This document shows, piece after piece, positions 1-10,007 of a stretch of 64,000 nt of DNA. Every line of letters begins with the position of its first letter. The stretch's first letter is position 1. This DNA comes from a bacterium (GTDB lineage: Bacteria; SZUA-182; DTGQ01; JAFGSM01). The notes beneath the pieces are model-generated. The model was not told where the DNA came from, did no database searches, and worked only from the letters and a program-made list of their open reading frames with translations. Location: the NCBI GenBank assembly GCA_049472315.1, contig JBLIRN010000011.1, positions 1-64,000 of the forward strand, read 5' to 3'. A program made the translations under genes and the position numbers.

Positions 1-272
1 ATTAGCCGCTCGTCCTGTTCCGTTTCCATCCATTGAGGTTCCGCATATCCATGTTTTCTTTCCGTGAGGGGCGTTTGCTTCAGTTCGATTGCCTTCCTCT
101 GAGGATGCGTGGTGACGAGGGTGTAGGCCCTCACTATGCCGGCAATCGTTGCCTCCTGAAGCACAAATGCGTCTCCTTCGGTCGTCTCGATAATCGTCCG
201 GATGTGTCGATGTCCGTCCGGAACGCCCACCGCTATCCTGACGATATCCGCATTTGAAAAGATCCTTTTCAT
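1..272 (-). CDS. Conserved hypothetical protein, 3'-partial (MKRIFSNADIVRIAVGVPDGHRHIRTIIET...QEATIAGIVRAY...THP)
   Basis: Manual translation from ATG at 272; frame is open to the window edge; purine-rich RBS upstream; missing from the ORF track because it has no stop in the window. Confidence 0.7.
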   Translation of the reverse strand, partial: MKRIFSNADIVRIAVGVPDGHRHIRTIIETTEGDAFVLQEATIAGIVRAYTLVTTHPQRKAIELKQTPLTERKHGYAEPQWMETEQDERL

Positions 273-290
273 TCGTTTATAACCGCCCTT

Positions 291-683
291 TCATGAAATA
301 CACGAGGTGCGGACCGTGTCTTGTTCGTCCATATCCCTGAATGCCATCAGATATATGGGCCTCGTTGATGTATTTCGTATCGCGTGTTCCACATGAGGGG
401 GGATTTCAAACAGGCCCGGCTCCGACTCCGTAATCATCTCTTCGTGGATTGAAGTGCCCTGATGAGCCCGCCAGTAAAGGGTTGCACTGCCTCCGAATAC
501 AAACAGCCATTCCGTGGAATGCCGGTGATAATGATTTCCTCGTGTGCATCCGGGTTCAATCGAGGCAACATGGAGGTTATGCATACCCCTTTCGCGGCGC
601 TCAACCCAGTCAATGGGATTGATGACCCAGCCTCTCTCGTCCGTGTGGGCATGTCCGCCAAAGCGTATTCTTTTTACTCTCAT
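291..683 (-). CDS. Cupin-domain protein (WxcM/FdtA-like sugar isomerase-type)
   Basis: DERG motif, RGNHYH, E and HAIRN cupin motifs; likely start MRVKR at 683 within ORF 291..785. Confidence 0.75.
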   Translation of the reverse strand: MRVKRIRFGGHAHTDERGWVINPIDWVERRERGMHNLHVASIEPGCTRGNHYHRHSTEWLFVFGGSATLYWRAHQGTSIHEEMITESEPGLFEIPPHVEHAIRNTSTRPIYLMAFRDMDEQDTVRTSCIS

Positions 684-1647
684 AGATATAGGCGCAACGG
701 TGGTTCCAGGGGAAGAGACGACATACGAATGTCGGTAATGATCGACTAACAGAACAGTTACACTATATCCGCGGAAAAAGGGCATGTCAACATCAATGGA
801 TCGTCATTGCACCCGATGATGAGGACACCAACGGAACAAGGGCAAGGCAAATTGTTTCGTGGTGTTGCGCATCATCCGTGCACGAAAAAGGGCCTCTGTA
901 TCGGGATCTGTTTTCTTTGGAGGGATTAAAATTGTAAGTTATTAATAATACAGGTGAAAAATTGCCATGTCCTCGTAGGGTTATTGACATTTTTTAAATT
1001 TTTTATAATAATATTATATAGATCGAAGTAATATAGAGGCATAATCTATGCATATATTTTTATCGCCTTTAAAAATAAAATTATTAAAAAATGATTCATA
1101 AAGTTTAATCCCGTAATATAAAAAATATTATTATAAAAAGGCATCTAACCTCCCATCTTTTTTATATAAAAAGGGTCTTGGCCTTGATGAGGCCAAAGGT
1201 CGACAACGTAAAATTTTCCATAAACTAAGGATGGTGGTTTTGATAGAGAAATAGAGCGATACAGGCATTTTCACGGTTGAGCGGCTAAAGGGAGCTGATT
1301 TAAAAGGTAACGAAGATTATATCTCGGTTTGCAGGTATTGCAGAATTTTGGTGCCTGCTTTTTGTGTTCTGGACTTATGTCAAGAATTTTTGGTGTATCT
1401 CAAGAAATATTCTTGAATCTCCGGCCCTTTTATCGTTGTCAATCGACTAACAATAGTTATGAATGTTTTGATGGCACGGAGTATCGAAGCAGCTACTCAA
1501 AAAAATGGTTATTGTCTTTTCCTCATTTGCAATGACATAGGAGGTGATTATCTGCATGTCGTTTCAACGATAGTATTCCCTTTCTTCTTCGAAAATTCAT
1601 GGTATCAATAACTGTTCGATCAAGGTACATTCATGGAGGTTAGTGAG

Positions 1648-2004
1648 ATGAATGCTCTAAAAATGGCAATAGTTCTGTCTTGCATCCTCATTGTTGTATG
1701 TGTTGCCGTTTCACCATGCTCGGCTCAGGTTTATCCCTACTATCCATTTTTCAATCCATTTTATGCCCCCTTTTCATATCCGGCGCCCTATTTTCCAACT
1801 ATGTCGGTCTTTTCTCCGCCGATACTGAGTCCGCTGCTCAATCCTTTCCCTGCCTTACCTACATTGCCGTTTCGGAACGCCGCCGCAACAATCATAACAT
1901 TGCCGGCAGCTAGTCCGGTTACCGCTTCAGCACCCTTGGGAACGGTCAATCTGACCCCGAGCTCACTGGTGCTGCTTATACTGTACCTAACACTGGCCGA
2001 ATAA
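1648..2004 (+). CDS. Small secreted Tyr/Pro/Phe-rich low-complexity protein
   Basis: GGAGG RBS; signal peptide ending SPCSA-Q; YPYYPFF/P-rich segment; hydrophobic C-terminus; paralog of the next gene. Confidence 0.75.
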   Translation: MNALKMAIVLSCILIVVCVAVSPCSAQVYPYYPFFNPFYAPFSYPAPYFPTMSVFSPPILSPLLNPFPALPTLPFRNAAATIITLPAASPVTASAPLGTVNLTPSSLVLLILYLTLAE

Positions 2005-2237
2005 GGGCCAGGAAAGGATCTTCCTTATCATAACCCAGTCCGTCAATCGGTAACTGCGTATGAACCTTTAGGGGTCGTGATATTGCCCCCCCAGCGTCTT
2101 GATACCGGCGACACTGTTTTTAACGCTGGCGGGGTGAGGGGTAATAGCGAATATGATGTTCAATAATGAATGTATTGGCAGCTACCTTGAGAATGATAGG
2201 CAGTATCGATACTGTACTACGGAAGGAGGAACAGCCC

Positions 2238-2681
2238 ATGAATATCCGTGACGGCATCATCCCAATTCTGATCGGTGTTATGCTTTTTCTCGTCGTATGC
2301 GGTCTTGCAGGCAATGGAGAGTGTCAATTCTACTATCCCTATTTTGGGTTCTATCCCTACTTCGCCCCTTATCCCCCGATTCCGTTCGGATTGACCTTTC
2401 CGATTGTGCCCAGCTATCCGTTCATGAGTTCCCCTGCACTGGTACCGCCCCTGCCCACCAGGGTCGGCGCTGCGACGATCATCGTGACAAATCCCACCGC
2501 AGGGACCGTGAGCGTGCTCAATCCCACCGTTGCAGCACCGACGGTAACCACAACGGCAACGGCAGCCCCTCCGCCGCTGCTCTCGATCCTTGGCACTCTT
2601 TACAGCTCTTTACTCTACGAGGGACTGTTGAGCACGGCCAATCCGCTGCTGTTTGCCACCTTACAGTATCTCTTTCTGTGA
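2238..2681 (+). CDS. Small secreted Tyr/Pro/Phe-rich low-complexity protein (paralog)
   Basis: AAGGAGG RBS; signal peptide; QFYYPYFGFYPYF segment; shares R-x-x-AATII motif with 1648..2004. Confidence 0.75.
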   Translation: MNIRDGIIPILIGVMLFLVVCGLAGNGECQFYYPYFGFYPYFAPYPPIPFGLTFPIVPSYPFMSSPALVPPLPTRVGAATIIVTNPTAGTVSVLNPTVAAPTVTTTATAAPPPLLSILGTLYSSLLYEGLLSTANPLLFATLQYLFL

Positions 2682-2816
2682 GGAATAGAGGCGCGCCCTG
2701 ACACCGGAAGTCGGTCAAGCGGCGCAGTCGTCCTTTGGGCAGGTTGCGGGAAGGTTGGAAGTGAGAGTATGAATCGGGGTGGATTGGGGTCAAAATCGGA
2801 CTCCCTGGCGATGACG

Positions 2817-3611
2817 CTACCCCAGTCCTCCCCGATTGATTGGCGCCTCCGTGACAATCCCGACCGATGATGAGGTACCTATCCTGGTGGCCCCCGCCCA
2901 TACCATTCTGCAGGCGGTTAAACGGTCCCTGATCCCACCGGCGGCCTTAATTCCCATCTTCTCGCCTACCACATGGCGCATCAGGGCCACGTCCTCCACG
3001 GTGGCACCTGCTGGGGCAAATCCGGTCGATGTCTTACAAAAATCGGCCCCGCCCTCCCGGGCAAGCACACACCCGATGATCCTTTCCTCCATGCTGAGAT
3101 AGGCATTTTCAATGATCACCTTGGTGACAACCCTGTTTGAGGTTGCATTCACCACGGCAGCCATGTCGTCCCTGACCCGTTTGAGGTTTCTCTCCTTCAT
3201 GGCCCCGATATTCATCACCATGTCGATCTCGTCCGCGCCTGATGATTCGGCGTCTTTCGCCTCGAAGACCTTGGCGGCCGTTGTATTCGCTCCCAGGGGG
3301 AACCCAATGACCGTGCATATTCGTATACCGGTTCCATCAAGGATGGATGCGCACAACCGGATATGAACGGGATGCACACAGACCGCCCAGAAATGGTAGT
3401 GCACCGCCTCTTGGCACAATCGTTTGATATCATCCTCACCGGCGCAGGGGTGCAGGAGCGTGTGGTCCATCAGGGGGGCAAGTGCGCAATCGACCGGCAG
3501 ATTCGCAGGATCATCGAGAATCATGAGCCGGTCTTTGACGGCCGTTTGTATTTCTTCAACGATATTACGCTGCAACCCGCGTTCTGAGATTATTTGATCT
3601 GCATTGAGCAT
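2817..3611 (-). CDS. deoC: Deoxyribose-phosphate aldolase
   Basis: DHTLL, VIGFPLG, GADEIDMV, KTSTGF, KAAGGIR and RIGTS motifs; GAGGAG RBS before ATG at 3611. Confidence 0.95.
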   Translation of the reverse strand: MLNADQIISERGLQRNIVEEIQTAVKDRLMILDDPANLPVDCALAPLMDHTLLHPCAGEDDIKRLCQEAVHYHFWAVCVHPVHIRLCASILDGTGIRICTVIGFPLGANTTAAKVFEAKDAESSGADEIDMVMNIGAMKERNLKRVRDDMAAVVNATSNRVVTKVIIENAYLSMEERIIGCVLAREGGADFCKTSTGFAPAGATVEDVALMRHVVGEKMGIKAAGGIRDRLTACRMVWAGATRIGTSSSVGIVTEAPINRGGLG

Positions 3612-3864
3612 ATGGACTCCTCGCGCTATTGTACCAGAAAATGACTCATGAAGTCTCACACGTTATTGATTGATCCCTGCACCGAGGAGAACAGGTCTTT
3701 GAGATTGAAGGGGGCAATATTCAAAAAGGAGAGGGACGGATTGCAGACTGCTTGGATTGACTGCGGAGACTACTGAGATTGCGGAGATCGTATTGAAAAT
3801 ATGCATGGGCCGGGATATAGTATAACGTTTGCCATAAACACTTGCCCAAAGGGAGGTTTTCGAA

Positions 3865-5514
3865 ATGAAGCATTTGGATTATGAGGCGCTGAAAAGAAAC
3901 TATAGGATCGAATATCCCGAGCATTTCAATTTTGCCTTCGATATCATCGATGTACTGGCGGAAAAAAGCAGAAATAAGCTGGCATTGATATGGACCAATG
4001 AGGATGGAGACAATAGGAAGATCACCTTTTGGGAGCTCAAGATATATTCAAACAAGATTGCGAACTTTTTACAGGGGGAAGGCATCAACAAAGGGGATGC
4101 GATACTGGTGATGCTCCCTCGAATCCCGCAATGGTGGTTTACCATGGTGGGCATTATGAAGCTTGGAGGAATCATTGTCCCGTCCGCCGTTTCATTGAGA
4201 CCCCGTGATATTGAATATCGCTGCAACAAGGCGGACATAAAAATGATCATTACCGACAGGAATAATGCCGACAAGGTGGAGGAGATACGATCGAATATCC
4301 CCACTGTGGAGAGCCTTGTCGTTCTAAATGATCATCGGGAGGGATGGATCAATTTTGAGGAGCATATCGAGACCGCATCGAGAAACTACATCTCGTTCGG
4401 CGAAAAAAGGGACACCAGGATAACCGATCCGTTTCTGCTGTATTTTACCTCAGGCACCACCGGCTACCCGAAGATCGTGTTGCATGACCATTCATATCCC
4501 CTGGCCCACAGATCCACTGCTGAATTGTGGCAGGATCTCAAGGACAACGATATCCACTGGACCATTACCGATACGGGATGGGCCAAGATCGCGTGGGGGG
4601 CGATCTTCGGGCAATGGATCATGGGGGCCACGGTATTCGTGTATGATTATGGGAGATTTAAGGCGGACAAGGTGCTCGAGTTGATCGAGAGATTCGGCAT
4701 CACCACATTTTGCGCACCGCCCACCGCGTACCGGATGCTCATCCTCGAGGATCTGAAAAAATATGATTTTTCCGAATTGCGTCATTGCGTCAGCGCTGGT
4801 GAACCCCTCAATCCGGAGGTCATCGAGATATGGAAGCGGCATGTGGGTCTGGACATTTATGAAGGGTTCGGCCAGACCGAAAGCGTGGTGTTGGTGGCAA
4901 CCTTACCCGGCATGAAGGTGAAATACGGGTCAATGGGGAAACCCTCCCCGCTCTTCTCCATAGAGATTCTTGACGAGCACCTGAACCCGCTTGGAATCGA
5001 TCAGGAGGGTGACATAGCGGTCAAGGTGAAACCATCCCATCCCCATGGGCTCTTCAAGGGATATTATGCGGATACCGAACTCAACACCCAGGTTTTCCAA
5101 CAGGATTGGTACATTACCGGTGACCGGGGGTACAAGGATAAGGATGGATACCTCTGGTTTGTGGGCAGGGGGGATGATATCATCAAGAGTTCGGGTTACA
5201 GGATCGGCCCATTCGAGGTCGAAAGCGCCCTCATAGAACACCCCGCCGTTGTTGAGGCTGCGGTTGTCGGGGTCCCGGATAAACTGAAGGGACAGATCGT
5301 CAAGGCCTTCGTAGTCCTCGACAGCGTGTATACCCCCTCCGACCAACTCATCAGGGAATTACAGGAGCATGTGAAGAAGGTGACCGCGCCCTACAAGTAC
5401 CCGAAGGAGATTGAATTCGTCCAGGAGTTGCCGAAAACCATCAGCGGCAAGATACGAAGGGTGGAGCTGAGGGAAAGGGAAGTGAATAGGAGGGAAAAGG
5501 GTATGGCCGCCTGA
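3865..5514 (+). CDS. Acyl-CoA synthetase (AMP-forming, acetate/medium-chain type)
   Basis: YFTSGTTGYPK, GFGQTE, TGD, GRGDD and PKTISGKI adenylation motifs. Confidence 0.92.
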   Translation: MKHLDYEALKRNYRIEYPEHFNFAFDIIDVLAEKSRNKLALIWTNEDGDNRKITFWELKIYSNKIANFLQGEGINKGDAILVMLPRIPQWWFTMVGIMKLGGIIVPSAVSLRPRDIEYRCNKADIKMIITDRNNADKVEEIRSNIPTVESLVVLNDHREGWINFEEHIETASRNYISFGEKRDTRITDPFLLYFTSGTTGYPKIVLHDHSYPLAHRSTAELWQDLKDNDIHWTITDTGWAKIAWGAIFGQWIMGATVFVYDYGRFKADKVLELIERFGITTFCAPPTAYRMLILEDLKKYDFSELRHCVSAGEPLNPEVIEIWKRHVGLDIYEGFGQTESVVLVATLPGMKVKYGSMGKPSPLFSIEILDEHLNPLGIDQEGDIAVKVKPSHPHGLFKGYYADTELNTQVFQQDWYITGDRGYKDKDGYLWFVGRGDDIIKSSGYRIGPFEVESALIEHPAVVEAAVVGVPDKLKGQIVKAFVVLDSVYTPSDQLIRELQEHVKKVTAPYKYPKEIEFVQELPKTISGKIRRVELREREVNRREKGMAA

Positions 5515-5577
5515 CAGGCCCACGGGAATCCGCACCGGTCTGAACTGCAGCCTCAAGAAGGCCCTCCTGAGTTATTC

Positions 5578-6474
5578 GTGCATGAGGACATCAGGGACAA
5601 AACCTATCTGACCCACAAGGACATTGTGGGCCTTAATTTCATCAAGGATCCCGGCAGGTATGTCTTCAGGAGACACTTCCGCGATGGATTGCGCTCGCAT
5701 ATCATGGAGGTGTTGAACCCCGAGGAGATACAAATCGAGTCGCAGGGGATCGTGACGGAAGGGACGCGACGGTTTCCCAGGGCCACACCCCAGAGGATGC
5801 TGAGGATATTCAAGACACGATTCAGGGACCTTCATGATGCAGGGGAGGAGGTGCGCAGGGTAAAGATCATCGGGTCGTACCTTGCCCCCCGGTTCATCGC
5901 CAGGTCCCAGGAATTTCTCGTTCACTTCATACAGCAGGGGAAAACTGAGATACTTCTGTGCGGATTGCAGGAATACGTCGCCGGGGTCGTGCTCGATCCT
6001 TGGGGTGTGCTGGACAGAAGGCAGGTGACCTCGTTTCTTTATGAGCTCGGGTATGAAAAGGGGGAGGATGCCGCGGCAAGGGAAGAGGAATGGATAGGGT
6101 GTGTGCGAAAGCAGGCGCAGGATTTTCTATGCTCCCTCAGGAGGATGATCATGGATGCGCACTACGTCCCCGACCTTGCCGGCATAGGGAACCTCATCCT
6201 CACCCACTCCGGGGCCATCAAGCTGGTGGACATCAACAACATCTCCCCGGTGTATCCGGATTTCATCATCAGGCTTGATGACCGTCTCTACCCTGTATGC
6301 GACAAATCGATTGAGGCCATGTCGCGCCTTGAGGCCGGATTACTGAATGAACCGCTCGATGAAAACGATCCCATCTATGCAAGGTTCCTCGATTCTGGAA
6401 GAATGGAGGAGGTGAGAAGATGGGAGCGGCGATTCCACCATGCCATGGAACATGACATGAACTTTCCCGATTAG
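5578..6474 (+). CDS. Hypothetical protein with kinase-like motifs
   Basis: 298-aa ORF; QEYV, PDLAGIGNLIL and IKLVDIN resemble the hinge, catalytic loop and metal-binding motif of protein-kinase-like folds. Confidence 0.65.
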   Translation: MHEDIRDKTYLTHKDIVGLNFIKDPGRYVFRRHFRDGLRSHIMEVLNPEEIQIESQGIVTEGTRRFPRATPQRMLRIFKTRFRDLHDAGEEVRRVKIIGSYLAPRFIARSQEFLVHFIQQGKTEILLCGLQEYVAGVVLDPWGVLDRRQVTSFLYELGYEKGEDAAAREEEWIGCVRKQAQDFLCSLRRMIMDAHYVPDLAGIGNLILTHSGAIKLVDINNISPVYPDFIIRLDDRLYPVCDKSIEAMSRLEAGLLNEPLDENDPIYARFLDSGRMEEVRRWERRFHHAMEHDMNFPD

Positions 6475-6483
6475 CCCCGCACA

Positions 6484-6597
6484 CCAAACTTCGTCAGGCG
6501 GAGCGAAGCGGAGCACTATGTTGCCCTATGAAGCAAACGTAAAGGCCCAGAATCCAAACTTTGTCAGGCGGAGCGAAGCGGAGCACTATGTTACCCT
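6484..6597. repeat. Two ~44-bp direct repeats (CCAAACTT[C/T]GTCAGGCGGAGCGAAGCGGAGCACTATGTT[G/A]CCCT)
   Basis: Copies at 6484-6527 and 6554-6597, differing at two positions. Confidence 0.9.
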
Positions 6598-7005
6598 CCC
6601 GGCTACCTCCAAGGCTCGCTTTGGCTCAAAAATAAGGCATGCCTTCCATGTCTTAAGAAGTACCATTAACGTAGCTTCGCCTTGCTCCGTGCCAACAGGC
6701 CGATTATTGTGAAACACAATTCCTAAGAATCGGCTTTTGTGAAAAAGATTACATTAATCCTTCTTTAAGGTTTGTTTTTTTACCCCGTGATCTATAATCC
6801 CTCTCGCCTGGTAATTCCTTTGTCGGTTGGCTCGAATTTTCACGGAACTCAAGTGTCATTATGTAACTATCATGCTTAATTAATTGAAATAAAACATATA
6901 TTCATGTAGGGTGACAGACCGGGATGGAGGATGCTCGGGTCAGCGCTACGCCCTGACAGGGACCATGAAAAAGGGATGGCCATGTCCACAGTATCACTGA
7001 CAAGA

Positions 7006-7022
7006 ATGGCAAAGATTATGCT
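7006..7022 (+). promoter_or_regulatory. Putative sigma-54 promoter upstream of pilin-like gene
   Basis: ATGGCAAAGATTATGCT has GG-N10-GC spacing, about 75 bp upstream of ATG 7098. Confidence 0.4.
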
Positions 7023-7097
7023 TTTTTGATCCGGCCATATGATGAACAATGCAGCAGGGCAACAAAAATTTGACAACAGAAAGAAGAGGGATTTCGC

Positions 7098-7583
7098 ATG
7101 GTGAGGCAATTGATGGTTTTCCTGATTTCGCTGTCTGTTGTATTCGTTTTCCCGGCAGTATCACGTGCAGGCAACACCGCCACCCACACCGTAACGGTGA
7201 AGGTCGAGCCGATCAATGAAATCGCCCTCACCGGAGGCGATGTCACCCTCCTCGTCACACCGGATGTCTCTGATCCGGATTCCCTGGGGACAAAGGACGA
7301 CACCTCCTGCGATCTGGTGTGGACTTCGAACCGGGACGATCAGAAGATCACCATTGCCTCGGATCTCCATTCACCGAAATTCCCCCTGAAGGCGGAAGCC
7401 CGCAATGTCAATGGAGGTGCCCCAGCACCCGAAACCACCCTGAGCACCGCTTCCAATGACTTCGTCACAGGGATATCCAGGACAACGGGGAGGTGCGATG
7501 TCAGTTACATGGTGGATGTCCCGGAAGCGGATGAACAGGGGTGCGATACCCACACCGTCACCTATACCCTGAGTGATTCATAG
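7098..7583 (+). CDS. Secreted pilin/fimbrial-subunit-like protein
   Basis: Signal peptide; N-terminal alternating strand HTVTVKV; C-terminal HTVTYTL; paralog of 9193..9693. Confidence 0.7.
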   Translation: MVRQLMVFLISLSVVFVFPAVSRAGNTATHTVTVKVEPINEIALTGGDVTLLVTPDVSDPDSLGTKDDTSCDLVWTSNRDDQKITIASDLHSPKFPLKAEARNVNGGAPAPETTLSTASNDFVTGISRTTGRCDVSYMVDVPEADEQGCDTHTVTYTLSDS

Positions 7584-7906
7584 ACGGGGCGCACTGTAAG
7601 AGGCGGCTGCACAATCAGTACCCTTTTCTCCCTAATGCCCTTCCGTAAGGGAAATTACTCAGGAATCTCCTTTCATCGCATATAGTTAGCAACAGCGAAC
7701 TCTCTTCGGACAAGGTTTTATAGGTTCCATCCCCTTTAAAAACACTTACCGATAAGTAATTATCTCATGAAATGATTGCCCGGAGTTTGGATAGATATGT
7801 GTTCATGCGGGCATGTATCGATCACTCACCAAGAAGCATGGTGATGCCTCGGATGAATGATAGGTCGATGAACAACGCATTAACAAACAGCCATGAAAAG
7901 GGGTTG

Positions 7907-8725
7907 ATGATGAAGAGACGAATTGTGACCATTTGTGTGATCCTTGCCCTCGTGGGTCTCATTCCGACCGCGGATGCCCAGATAAGCGTCTTGGGGGAAC
8001 TGAGTCACGAGCATGCGGCCGGTCCCGGTGAGACCTACGAAGGGGAGATCATCGTCCTGAATAAGGGGGAAAAGGTTCAGGAGGTCAAGCTGTATCAGAC
8101 GGATTATCTCTTCTTTTGTAACGGCGGAAACCTCTATGGCGAGCCGGGAAAGACCTCCCGCTCCAATGCGCTGTGGATCTCCTTTCATCCGAAGCGGTTC
8201 ATGGTTGCACCCAAGCAGCAGGAGGTCGTTCGCTACACAGTGAAGGTGCCTGAGAAGGATGGAATGGCCGGCACCTACTGGAGCATGATCATGGTGGAGC
8301 CGATCACCCCGGATTCCCCTGAATCCAGCATGGCCAAAAAGGAGGACCTTTCGATCGGGGTGAGACAGGTCTTCCGCTATGGTATCCAGATTGCCACCCA
8401 TATTCAGGAAACCGGCGAGCGTATGCTGAAGTTCCTGGATGCAAGGCTTGTCACCGAGGAGGGAAAGAAGATCCTCCGTGTGGATGTGGAGAATGTGGGC
8501 GAGCGTTACCTCAGGCCGCTCCTTTCGGTGGAACTCTATACCAACAAAGGGGTGTGCATTGGGAAGTTCGAAGGGGGACAACTGCGCACCTATCCGGGCA
8601 CGTCGGTGCGATTCAAGACTGACCTTGGATCACCTGCGTCTGATATCTACAAGGCCCTGGTCGTCGCAGACTGCGGCGGTGATGACATATTCGGGGCTAC
8701 CTACAACCTCATAATCAATAAATAG
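7907..8725 (+). CDS. Periplasmic pilus-chaperone-like protein (PapD/DUF916-like Ig domains)
   Basis: Signal peptide; PGETYEGEIIVLN, YWSMIMVEP and VENVG features of two Ig-like domains; lies between the pilin-like genes. Confidence 0.65.
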   Translation: MMKRRIVTICVILALVGLIPTADAQISVLGELSHEHAAGPGETYEGEIIVLNKGEKVQEVKLYQTDYLFFCNGGNLYGEPGKTSRSNALWISFHPKRFMVAPKQQEVVRYTVKVPEKDGMAGTYWSMIMVEPITPDSPESSMAKKEDLSIGVRQVFRYGIQIATHIQETGERMLKFLDARLVTEEGKKILRVDVENVGERYLRPLLSVELYTNKGVCIGKFEGGQLRTYPGTSVRFKTDLGSPASDIYKALVVADCGGDDIFGATYNLIINK

Positions 8726-8917
8726 GGTGTACATCAACAAACGATGTCCCGACACCGCCATAATAATAAATAGAGCGCATATACAGGAATAATGCTCTCC
8801 GACATCATCAGTACAATTATCAATAAATAGAATGTACATCAAGGAATGATGTCCCGACATCGTCTTAATAATCAATAAATAGAGTTTATATCAAGAAACA
8901 ATTGCCCCTGACGCCCG
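8711..8917. repeat. Four degenerate ~50-bp tandem repeats beginning ATAATCAATAAATAG
   Basis: Units start at about 8711, 8760, 8816 and 8868; units 1 and 3 are nearly identical. Confidence 0.85.
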
Positions 8918-9192
8918 AAGAAGGTGCTCTCGATGAAAATGGGCGAATTGACCGAATATATTTAAAATGGGGAGAACGGGGGGGATTTTCCTTCATAACG
9001 GCGCTATTCTTTATAGCTGCATTTAAAGAGATGGTTAAGGAAAAACATATCGATTGTGAACAGATAACCACATAATAAAAAGGGGGTGATGAAGCGGCAG
9101 TTACCGGACGATGCCCTGGAATCGCTGTATAATTTTCAGGTGGCTCCTCAGCTAACACTCGTTTCACCTAATATGAAAAGGAGGAACCCTAC

Positions 9193-9693
9193 ATGTTGAA
9201 GAAGATAGCGATTTTTGTCGTGGCAGTAATCGTCGTGTTCACCCTGGCAGAGGTTTCATATACTGCCAACACTGACTTTCACCAGGTAACGGTAACCGTT
9301 GCTGCAATAAATGAGCTTGCCATCACCGGCGGGAACATCACCCTTACCATCAATGGTGCAGTCGCCGGGAGTGATCCCACCGCTGTCAATGATTCTACCT
9401 GCTCCCTTGATTGGACCACGAACCAGTTGACCAGAAAGATAACCGTGGAGACCAGTGTGGCAGTGCCGCCTCAGTTATTCTCACTTACCGTTGATGCGGC
9501 CGTCACACTCGGTGGCGGTATCGAACCGGGAGCAGCGGTTACCCTTACTCACGGAGCGGGTGCGTCGGATTTTATCACCGGGGTGGCGACCGAACTGGGA
9601 GCTGCAACCCTGACCTATTCTGCAAGCGCCACCGCAGCCCAGGGAACCGGCTCGGATGTGCATACGGTCACCTATACGCTCACGGCTGCGTAA
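9193..9693 (+). CDS. Secreted pilin/fimbrial major-subunit-like protein
   Basis: Strong AAGGAGG RBS; signal peptide; HQVTVTV...HTVTYTLT; has its own terminator. Confidence 0.75.
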   Translation: MLKKIAIFVVAVIVVFTLAEVSYTANTDFHQVTVTVAAINELAITGGNITLTINGAVAGSDPTAVNDSTCSLDWTTNQLTRKITVETSVAVPPQLFSLTVDAAVTLGGGIEPGAAVTLTHGAGASDFITGVATELGAATLTYSASATAAQGTGSDVHTVTYTLTAA

Positions 9694-9707
9694 TAACGAA
9701 TCGTATA

Positions 9708-9742
9708 AAAGGGCAGGGCTTGTGAAGACCTGCCCTTTTTTT
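9708..9742 (+). terminator. Rho-independent terminator
   Basis: AAAGGGCAGG...CCTGCCCTTT stem followed by a T-run. Confidence 0.85.
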
Positions 9743-10007
9743 CTGTTGGGCGGAGGCCTGGAAAGGATGATTCCGATGCTCAATAACAGTCTCGTAATTG
9801 CGGTAATAAGCAGTTTGATGCTCCTGTGCGTGTATCTGGCAAATTGGACCTGACAGAAATGAGGCAATTGACAGGCTCCCTGGTGCGGACAACCATTGCA
9901 TGCCTGCAATGGTGAACAGGGCTGCGAATGGAAAAAAAACTGTCGAGAAAACGGACAATGGACCATCAATTGGCATGGTTGGTTATGATACGAGAAAAAA
10001 AAGGGAT

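Noticed and set aside
1180..1210. Hammerhead-ribozyme-like string CTTGATGAGGCCAAAGGTCGACAAC
   Set aside because: Both core motifs (CUGAUGA, GAAAC) are interrupted, and stems I and III could not be formed.
1471..1487. Sigma-54 promoter (TGGCACG) upstream of the Tyr/Pro-rich genes
   Set aside because: The -24 element is perfect, but there is no GC at the -12 position.
8711..8917. CRISPR array
   Set aside because: The putative spacers are homologous to each other, the constant part is only ~15 bp, and there are no cas genes in the window.
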